Source: Candidatus Binatia bacterium
GTDB lineage: Bacteria; Desulfobacterota; Binatia; Bin18
Direction of reading: 5' to 3'
Assembly (NCBI GenBank): GCA_963664395.2
Contig: OY761159.2
Span: 4,096,001 to 4,160,000 of the forward strand
DNA: 64,000 nt
In this document: in pieces, positions 38,796-46,467 of the stretch
Layout of the letters: every line of letters begins with the position of its first letter
Numbering within the stretch: the first letter of the stretch is position 1
Notes under the pieces: model-generated
Databases searched by the model: none
What the model was told of the DNA's origin: nothing
The model's input: the letters and a program-made list of their open reading frames with translations, nothing else
Program-made: the position numbers and the translations under genes

Positions 38796-39238
38796 GTCCT
38801 CCCTCTCCCCGCCTTCCGTCCTTTCGTCCAGACGGCTATTTGCCGGAAGGATTGTTCGTCTGTTCCGAGGCCGAAATACTCTTTCGGTTTGGAGCATCGA
38901 ACCATCGCCGGCGACGATTGGCCCTGCGGCTACGGAGGTGGGTTGAATTAGGACAACAGGTCAAAGCTCCGCGTTTGCTCGTGGATGGTAGCTTCGTTAC
39001 TGCAAAAGAGGAACCTCATGATATTGATACGGTTATCTTCCTCCCTATGGATTTTTACCAGCAGATTGAGCGAGAATATGAGCCAGCCTTGGAGCTAGAA
39101 GAGATGTTGCTAACTCGTCGCCCGGAAGAAATCTTTGCCGCAGAGGATGAAGCGGACTGGAATGAATGGGTAGCGTTCTTTAGCCGGACGCGAGAGCGAG
39201 ATGGCCGCCGCAAAGGTTTTGTGGAGATACGTCTATGA
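38792..39238 (+). CDS. Predicted Pol-beta-superfamily nucleotidyltransferase (DUF6932-like)
   Basis: LP.F..DGYLP.G, LLVDGSFVT.K.EP.DID, C-terminal RKGFVEI. Confidence 0.75.
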   Translation: MSPPSPRLPSFRPDGYLPEGLFVCSEAEILFRFGASNHRRRRLALRLRRWVELGQQVKAPRLLVDGSFVTAKEEPHDIDTVIFLPMDFYQQIEREYEPALELEEMLLTRRPEEIFAAEDEADWNEWVAFFSRTRERDGRRKGFVEIRL

Positions 39239-39438
39239 TCGCGAATATCGAGCAATACGAAAAGGCCCAAGCGGAACTGCGTGACTTGGAGGAGCGGCTT
39301 CAGCGTTTACAGCACAACCATCCTCTTGGGGCCAAAGGGTTTACGAAAGCTGGGATTCGGAAAATGATTGCCCGTCTGCATGAAGAGCTTGCCCTGTATG
39401 AGGGCGGCCAGGAAATTGGCCACATTAAACACCCTTAG
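39235..39438 (+). CDS. Small helical protein coupled to the nucleotidyltransferase
   Basis: 67 aa MIANIEQY..AQ.EL..LE..L...I..L.EEL..YE; ATGA overlap. Confidence 0.7.
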   Translation: MIANIEQYEKAQAELRDLEERLQRLQHNHPLGAKGFTKAGIRKMIARLHEELALYEGGQEIGHIKHP

Positions 39439-39482
39439 TCTGTAAAGCCTCTCCTATCCGCGCCGAATACACGCACCCAAAT

Positions 39483-40166
39483 ATGATGCGCAAAGCGTCC
39501 AACGACTATCTGCCGGCCCTCCGTTTCTCCGTGCTGGCACTATTCTACGATCCCCTTGTTGCCCTGACCACGCGGGAGCGGACGTTCAAGCACGAACTGA
39601 TGCGACAGGCGGACGCCGGACCGGGCCACGCCGTGCTCGATGTCGGCTGCGGTACGGGGATACTGGCCATATGGATGAAGCAGGCTCGCCCGGAGATTTC
39701 CATGACAGGCATTGACGCCGACCCGGTCATGCTGGTGCGAGCAAAGGGGAAGGCGGAGAGGGCAGGAGTGGACATTGCTTTTGAGCAGGGGTTTTCCTCC
39801 CACTTACCCTATGCCGACCGGGCGTTTGACCGGATCGTTTCGAGCCTGTTTTTTCACCATCTCACCCGCTCGGATACGGAAAAAACCATTGCCGAAATGT
39901 TCCGAGTGTTGAAACCGGGCGGACTGCTGTGTGTCGCGGACTGGGGAAAACCCGCCAATGTCCTGATGCGCTGGCTGTTCTGGCCGGTTCAGCTCTTTGA
40001 CGGTTTTTCACGTACCCAGGACAATGTTGCCGGCCTCCTGCCGCACCTCTTTCGGCAGGGCGGGTTTGCCGAGGTGGCCGTTCAGGGCTCCTTGGCGACG
40101 GTGCATGGCAGCCTCGCATTCTATCGCGCGGCCAAGCCAAGAGCGGACGGAGACGGGCAGGGATAG
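39483..40166 (+). CDS. Class I SAM-dependent methyltransferase
   Basis: VLDVGCGTG, LPY.D..FD.IVSSL.FHHL, RVLKPGG. Confidence 0.92.
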   Translation: MMRKASNDYLPALRFSVLALFYDPLVALTTRERTFKHELMRQADAGPGHAVLDVGCGTGILAIWMKQARPEISMTGIDADPVMLVRAKGKAERAGVDIAFEQGFSSHLPYADRAFDRIVSSLFFHHLTRSDTEKTIAEMFRVLKPGGLLCVADWGKPANVLMRWLFWPVQLFDGFSRTQDNVAGLLPHLFRQGGFAEVAVQGSLATVHGSLAFYRAAKPRADGDGQG

Positions 40167-40308
40167 GAACCCGTCCGCTCAATGAGGGCTTTCAGCGCGG
40201 TCATGGCTTCGGTGTGTTGAGTTTGGAGTGCGGTCATGGTTTCTTCGTTCTGGGCCTTCTGATCTTCGGACGCTACCCCTAAAGATATCCCAGAGAGGAG
40301 TATTCGTT

Positions 40309-41439
40309 ATGGAAATGTGGATTCGCTTCTGGCCCTTTCTCGCGGTCTTTTCCATAATGGTCACGTGGGAATTCATCTCCCCGCGCCGCATTCTTGCTCA
40401 AAGAAGACAAGAACGCTGGCCTACGAACTTGGGGCTGACGCTGCTCAATGTGGTTTTGGTATGGGCTCTAGTCGGTGCCGTGGCATATATGGCGGCCACT
40501 TTTGCGGCAGAACAACAGATTGGACTGCTGCATTGGGTGTCAGCGCCTTTCTGGTTCGCCGTCCCTGTCACCATCCTCGTTCTCGACTTCGCCCTCTACC
40601 TCCAGCATCGTCTCTTCCATACCTTCCCCTTGCTGTGGCGTTTGCATCAGGTCCACCATGCTGACCTTGGTTTCGATGCCACGACTGGCCTCCGTTTTCA
40701 TCCTATCGAGATATTTCTCTCTCTCGCCTACAAAGCAGTTGTCATTATTGCGCTGGGAGCACCTGTTTGGGCCGCCATCGCCTTTGAAATCATCCTGAAC
40801 GCCACTTCTGTTTTTAATCACGGTAATGTCAGTCTTCCTGAAAGGCTGGACCGGCGTCTGCGTTGGTTCCTTGTGACGCCAGATATGCATCGGATTCATC
40901 ACTCCACACGAGCGGTGGAAACCAATTCAAACTTCGGCTTTTCTGTTCCATGGTGGGATCGGCTGTGCGGAACCTACCGGGCAGAGCCGGCGTTGGGACA
41001 ACTGGGACTTGAGATTGGACTGTCATATTATCGAGCTTCGTTTCACCTCGGGCAGTTATTACTCCTCCCATTTCAGACTCGCATTCCCCTGGAGAAAGCG
41101 TGGAAAGAAATCTCCCCCCTGCAGTTGTGCGAAATGCTGGGAGAAGAAAATCCACCCTATGTGCTCGACGTGCGAGACCTGGGCGAATTTACAGGCGAGC
41201 TTGGGCATATCGACGGGGCCCACTTGCTGCCGGTCTCCGATCTGGACAAACAACTGAACGAGCTGGCTGCCTGTCGCTCCCAAACGGTCGTCCTGGTGTG
41301 AAAGACGGAACGTCGCTCAGGCAGAGCGGCGGACTTGTTGGGGCAAAACGGCTTCTCTTCTCTCCTGGTCCTGTCCGGCGGCATGCTCGGATGGACAGGA
41401 GCAGGGCTGCCCGTATCGCATAAAGCTGACGCTACCTGA
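40309..41439 (+). CDS. Sterol-desaturase/fatty-acid-hydroxylase family protein fused to a rhodanese domain; probable selenocysteine at TGA 41299-41301
   Basis: His boxes QHRLFH, HQVHH, FNH, HRIHH; rhodanese VLDVR..EF....GHI.GA; beyond the TGA the frame continues KTERRSGRAADLL..NGF...VLSGGMLGW..AGLPV to TGA 41437-41439. Confidence 0.85.
41302..41330 (+). promoter_or_regulatory. Candidate bacterial SECIS hairpin
   Basis: 10 nt after the UGA: stem GUCGCUC/GAGCGGC (7 bp, one G-U) with loop AGGCA; apical loop begins 17 nt after the UGA. Confidence 0.65.
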
Positions 41440-41497
41440 CACTCCCTGCCAGGGCGTGCTACATACAGCCGGAGGAGAAAATGAAAGGAGAGAAGAT

Positions 41498-42439
41498 ATG
41501 GCAGAGATACGTGAAATAACCTCCGGCCTGGAATTTCCCGAAGGCCCGATTGCCATGGATGACGGCAGCGTTATCCTGACGGAGATTAAGCGCGGCACGC
41601 TTACGCGGGTCAAGCCGGATGGCACCAAAGAAGTTGTGGCCGAAACGGGTGACGGGCCGAACGGCGCGGCGATTGGACCCGACGGCAAAATCTACGTGTG
41701 TAATAACGGCGGCTTTGAGTGGATCGAAGCCGGTGGGCTGACTGTGCCGCACGGTATCCCTGAAAGCTATACCAATGGCTATATCCAGCGTGTTGATATC
41801 GACACCGGGGCGGTGGAAACGATTTATACCGAGTGCGACGGCAATAAGCTGTGCGGCCCGAACGATATTGTGTTCGATGCTCAAGGCGGCATGTGGTTCA
41901 GCGACTTCGGCAAGATCCGCGACCGCGACCGCGACGTGTGCGGCCTCTATTACGCCAAGACAGACGGCTCGCTCATCAAGGAAGTCGTCTATCCGATCCA
42001 AGGACCGAACGGCATCGGCTTGGCCCCTGGCGATGCGACCCTGTATGCGGCCCAGACCTTTGAAGCCCGGGTGTGGGGCTGGAACATTACCGGTCCGGGC
42101 GAATTGGAGCGCGTGGAAGGGACGGGTGGTCCGCTCCTGGCTGGCCCTGGTGGAGGGGTTCTGGTGGCTGGCTTACCGGGCTATCAACTCCTTGATTCAT
42201 TAGCGGTCGAGGCCAACGGCAACGTGTGTGTGGCGACCATCCTGAATGGCGGCATTAGCGTGTTTGCGCCGGACGGCTCGTCGGTCGAGCATGTGCCCGT
42301 TCCGGGAGACCCGGTGGTGACCAATATCTGTTTTGGTGGCCCGGACCTGAAAACGGCCTATATCACGCTGTCGGGTACGGGCAAGCTGGTAGCCATGGAC
42401 TGGCCGCGTCCGGGCCTGAAGTTGAATTTCACGCGCTAG
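41498..42439 (+). CDS. SMP-30/gluconolactonase/LRE family protein
   Basis: FPEGP, GPNG, PNDIVFD, PNGIGL, DSLAV, TNICFGG. Confidence 0.92.
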   Translation: MAEIREITSGLEFPEGPIAMDDGSVILTEIKRGTLTRVKPDGTKEVVAETGDGPNGAAIGPDGKIYVCNNGGFEWIEAGGLTVPHGIPESYTNGYIQRVDIDTGAVETIYTECDGNKLCGPNDIVFDAQGGMWFSDFGKIRDRDRDVCGLYYAKTDGSLIKEVVYPIQGPNGIGLAPGDATLYAAQTFEARVWGWNITGPGELERVEGTGGPLLAGPGGGVLVAGLPGYQLLDSLAVEANGNVCVATILNGGISVFAPDGSSVEHVPVPGDPVVTNICFGGPDLKTAYITLSGTGKLVAMDWPRPGLKLNFTR

Positions 42440-42494
42440 GCGTCGCTTTTCGCTTGGCCTCTGGAGGAAGGGGGCAGCCGCCTGCCCCCGCCAT

Positions 42495-42974
42495 TCAGGC
42501 CAGATGCCCGTGGCCGGGCTTGTGATGATGCGCCTCATGCGTCTGCGGACTGGTCGGTCGTACATCTCTGCCTTTCTGGTGGCTCAGGTAGATGCGGCCC
42601 AGAAATTTGACATTGGCGCAAGCGTCAACCTCACCCACATGGCACTCCGCAACGTTTGGAATAAAAAAACGATACGGCCCGCCTTTGTTCTCCGGCAGGG
42701 CCGCATCGTTGAAGCGATAGGCGATAATGCCCTCCTGCACGGCTTCGAGCGGCACACTGGCGGAGAATTTTCCGTCGGTGGACTCCAGGGTGATATAGCG
42801 GACGGTTTCTTTTGGCCCGACCTGCTCCAGTACCGTTTGGAGACGGACGGCGCTGCCTTCTCGGCCGTGAATAAGCCGGCTCACATCCTCAATCTGATCC
42901 GATAGCGCCCGCAGCTCGGAAAACCCAAAGGCGTGGGGCGACCGGACTTCGCCTTCAACGTGTAATCGTGTCAT
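42495..42974 (-). CDS. Small molybdopterin-oxidoreductase (sulfite-oxidase-fold)-like protein with His-rich tail
   Basis: L.VEGEV..P..F...EL, V.L..VL..VG, S.DG.FSAS.PL, LP...GGP.R; C-terminal HEAHHHKPGHGH. Confidence 0.7.
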   Translation of the reverse strand: MTRLHVEGEVRSPHAFGFSELRALSDQIEDVSRLIHGREGSAVRLQTVLEQVGPKETVRYITLESTDGKFSASVPLEAVQEGIIAYRFNDAALPENKGGPYRFFIPNVAECHVGEVDACANVKFLGRIYLSHQKGRDVRPTSPQTHEAHHHKPGHGHLA

Positions 42975-43038
42975 GTCTTCTCCTTCGGTTCACAAGAGAT
43001 ATGGTCCGCATTATATCCTGGTCACAGGAGGCCGTCTT

Positions 43039-43068
43039 GTAGGGCCGAGCGGGCTGTTGACCCTCTAC
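43039..43068. repeat. Degenerate GTAG-type REP-like palindrome
   Basis: gtagggcc...accctctac. Confidence 0.4.
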
Positions 43069-43117
43069 TGCCGGTGGGGCAAGCTGGCGCTCAGGCTGCG
43101 TGGGGAGGAGCACCGAG

Positions 43118-43990
43118 ATGCGGATTATTAGCTGTAACCTGAACGGTATTCGGTCTGCTGCGAGCAAAGGGTTTTTCTCGTGGCTGGAGAAACAAAACGC
43201 CGATGTGGTGTGTGTCCAAGAACTCAAGGCTCAGGAAAAAGATGTCATCCCCACCTATCAAGAAGCCGCGGGCCTGACCGGGACGTTTCACTATGCAGAA
43301 AAGCCGGGTTATTCCGGTGTGGGCATCTATGCCCGGCGGCAACCGGATCGCGTCCGGGTTGGCTGGGGCTGGCCTGACGCGGACCGCGAAGGGCGTTATC
43401 TTCGGGCGGACCTTGGCCGTCTGTCGGTGATTTCAATGTACCTGCCGTCCGGCTCGAGTTCCGAAGAGCGTCAGCGCGTTAAATATCAATTCATGGACAA
43501 GCTCTTGCCGGAGCTGAAAGCGCTGCGCGCCAGTCGCCGCCATGTCGTGCTGTGTGGGGACTGGAATATTGCCCATACCAGGAAGGACATAAAAAATTGG
43601 CGGGGCAATCAGAAGAACTCCGGCTTTCTGCCCGAAGAACGCGATTGGCTGACGCGGGTGTTCGACGAGGTCGGTCTTGTGGATGCGTTTCGACGGGTCA
43701 ACCCGGAAGCGGAACAATATACCTGGTGGTCATTTCGCGGCCAGGCCTGGGCGAAAGACGTGGGCTGGCGGATCGATTACCAAGTGGTCACACCGGGCTT
43801 AGCCAAACTGGCAACGCAGACCGCGATCTACAAGGAAGAACGCTTTTCAGATCACGCCCCGCTGAGTATTGATTACGACTATGCGTTTGACGGTCTAAAG
43901 CCACGCAAACGCGCCGCCGCAGGTTCAAAGGGCGCTCGTTCATCGAAAAATTCCGTAAAGCGGCCTGCCCGGAAGCGTAGGTCGGCTTAA
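43118..43990 (+). CDS. xth: Exodeoxyribonuclease III
   Basis: N.NGIRSA..KGF, VQELKA, GYSGV, GDWNIAH, SGFLPEER, WRIDY, SDHAP. Confidence 0.96.
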   Translation: MRIISCNLNGIRSAASKGFFSWLEKQNADVVCVQELKAQEKDVIPTYQEAAGLTGTFHYAEKPGYSGVGIYARRQPDRVRVGWGWPDADREGRYLRADLGRLSVISMYLPSGSSSEERQRVKYQFMDKLLPELKALRASRRHVVLCGDWNIAHTRKDIKNWRGNQKNSGFLPEERDWLTRVFDEVGLVDAFRRVNPEAEQYTWWSFRGQAWAKDVGWRIDYQVVTPGLAKLATQTAIYKEERFSDHAPLSIDYDYAFDGLKPRKRAAAGSKGARSSKNSVKRPARKRRSA

Positions 43991-44019
43991 CGGAGTGTCA
44001 TCCGACGCCGACCTGAAGA

Positions 44020-44054
44020 CCCTCACCCCAACCCTCTCCCAGAGGGGGAGGGGG
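44020..44054. repeat. REP-like palindrome, copy 4 (opposite orientation)
   Basis: ccctcaccccaaccctctcccagagggggagggg. Confidence 0.75.
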
Positions 44055-44070
44055 CAAGCAGTAGCCCCGC

Positions 44071-44565
44071 TCAGGCCACTACTTTTTTGCACTCCGCGGT
44101 GACTGTGGCACATGCCTCGGCGGTCTCTATGCAGAGCGGATGGTGGGTATGCTTGCGGCATTCCTGTTCACAGGCGTCATGAACGGCTATGCAGACGGGG
44201 ACAAAGGCTTTGAGTTGAGCGGAATCGGCAGCGGCGAGCACTCCTAGCGCTTCGCTGACCGCGTTCATCTCCTGGATGCGCGCGGCACAGGCGGACAGCG
44301 ACGTATCACCTGTCGCAAACAGGTTCAGACAGTGCTTCAGACACATCGCTCCGATGCCCACACAGGCTTGGGCCGCCAGGACGAGCTCGCGGTGTTTTGG
44401 GGCCGCGTCGTGCTGTGTATGCTCGGCCTGCTCGTGATGGGCGGCCAGGGCTGGAGAGGCCACCAGCCCGGCCAAGGCAGCGCCCGATACGCCTAGCAGG
44501 ACATCGCGCCGTTTGATCGAGGGTGGCTCAGCGGGGGCAGTACCATTCTTCTCGTGTACGTCCAT
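44071..44565 (-). CDS. Tat-exported four-helix-bundle copper storage protein (Csp1-like)
   Basis: KRRDVL twin-Arg leader, His-rich N-terminus, Cys-rich helices (CVGIGAMCLKHC, CEQECRKH, C...AEAC....AEC). Confidence 0.85.
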   Translation of the reverse strand: MDVHEKNGTAPAEPPSIKRRDVLLGVSGAALAGLVASPALAAHHEQAEHTQHDAAPKHRELVLAAQACVGIGAMCLKHCLNLFATGDTSLSACAARIQEMNAVSEALGVLAAADSAQLKAFVPVCIAVHDACEQECRKHTHHPLCIETAEACATVTAECKKVVA

Positions 44566-44682
44566 AAATAACTCCTTATACGGTCTATTGTGCGGTCCGC
44601 TTTCGACTCCCGCGAGTCTAGTACACCATACTTTGTCAGCATGGTACTCATACCGAGAGCACGTCAAGGGGAGAACAACACG

Positions 44683-46362
44683 ATGTTGGACCTGTACTCG
44701 GGCATCTGGAGAAGATGCGTTTGGAGTCTGGTTGCTCTGAGCCTGTCTGTGGCTATCGGAGAACGGACGAGCTTTGCGCAAACCCAAGAAGCGACTTCGG
44801 ACTCTGGAGAAGAACTCTCACAACCGGAAGCGGTTGAACTTGAAGACCTGCTCGTCTCGGCCGAACGTATTACCCCTGTCAGCGGAGCGGCGACCGCTCT
44901 GGTGACGGCTGAGCAGGTTCGGGAATATCAGGCCAGGGATGTTGCTGAAGCCCTGAAAAGCAGGGTCCCCGGCGTAACCGGCAAGCGGAGCGGCGGCATT
45001 AATCTTGACCCGATTATTCGCGGGCTGCGTGAAGACCGTTTGAGTGTCATGACCAATGGCACGAAGATATGGGGCGGCGGGCCGTCTCGCATGGACCCGC
45101 CGACCTCGCTGCTGGATGTGGATGAGCTGGAAGCCATCGAAGTGATCAAGGGGCCGTACTCGGTGACGCGGGGTCCGAGCAGTATCGGCGGAACGATCAA
45201 CCTGGTTACCAAGAAACCGGAACTTTCACCGCACTGGGATGCGCACGGTTCGCTTGGCGCGGCCTACACCAGCAATTACAACGGTTTTACCACCAAGGCG
45301 GCGGTCAGTGCCGGGGGGCCCACCCTGGCGTTTCGGCTGGCCGGTAGCTACCGCGATTATCAGGACTATGATTCGGGCGACGGCGAACGTATGCAGTCCG
45401 GGTTTCAGAGCCAATCGGTATCCGGCACCCTGCTGTGGCAACCGCACGCCGCCCATCGTTTGCTGCTGTCCTTGAGCCGGGAATCCGACCAGGATACCCG
45501 TTTCGACGCGCTGCCGCTGCATATGGAAGAAGACGATGCCTATCTCGGCTCCGTATCCTACACCCTCAGCAACCCGTTCCCGTTTGTGGGGAGCCTGCAA
45601 CTCAGCGGCTACTACAATTATGTGCATCATCGCATGAACAATGACCATAAGCCCCATCGGGCCGGAAGTGGTGCCGGTGGAGGTGCGCAGGACGGCTCCA
45701 GTCCCGGTATGCAGGCTGGCTCCGGGCACCCTATCCCGGTCTTGACCCGGAAGAGAGCCTTGAGGTCGATACGGGTATCCACGCCCGGTGGGGCCGATTG
45801 GCTGTGGATGGGGCACTCTTCTACAACAGGATTGAGGACTATATTTTGCAATACGTTCTGGACCGTGACTTCCAGTGCCCGCACGGGTCCGTGCAACCTG
45901 CGCGGCTTTCGCAATATCGATCATGCCACCCTGTTCGGCGCGGATCTGGGCCTGAGCTATGCGCTGCGCGAAAACCTGTCGCTGCACGGCTCCTTTGCGT
46001 ATGTGCATGGAGAAAACGAGGCAGACGACCGGGCGCTCCCCGAAATTCCTCCTTTGGAGGGTCAGCTCGGACTGCGCTACGAGCATCCGCGCTGGGATCT
46101 CTGGTTCAACCCGATGCTTCGTCTCGTCCAGAGCCAGCATCGGGTTGATAGCGCGTTCGGCGAAGACGCGACGCAGGGGCATGTGACGGTTGATATCGGA
46201 GCCGGCTGGCGACTATTCGGGCGTCACGAACTGATGCTGCGTGTCGAGAACCTGTTCGATAAAAACTATAACGAGCATATCACCCGGGAGAATCCGTTTA
46301 GCGGCAGGGAAGTGTTCGAGCCCGGACGGGTGGTGACGGTCGGCCTGTGGACAACGTTTTAA
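44683..46362 (+). pseudogene. TonB-dependent receptor (OprC/NosA-like) with apparent internal deletion and two compensating frameshifts
   Basis: Plug motifs P.IRGL, RMDPPTS, IEVIKGPYSV..G....GGTIN; C-terminal ENLFDK.Y..H...EPGR...F; barrel segment PGLDPEESLEVDTG...FYNRIEDYI lies in another frame at 45732-45888. Confidence 0.7.
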
Positions 46363-46467
46363 TCTTTTATGGATTTTCTAATAAAATAAGCATCTTAGCC
46401 CGACACTCCTCGAAAGTTGTATAACTCGCTGCTTGGTGTTAGGATGATCTTAGTTGAGTAGCTGCCC

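Noticed and set aside
36216-39482. Integrative mobile element or prophage
   Set aside because: No integrase, transposase, tRNA target or flanking direct repeats detected; treated as an accessory islet only.
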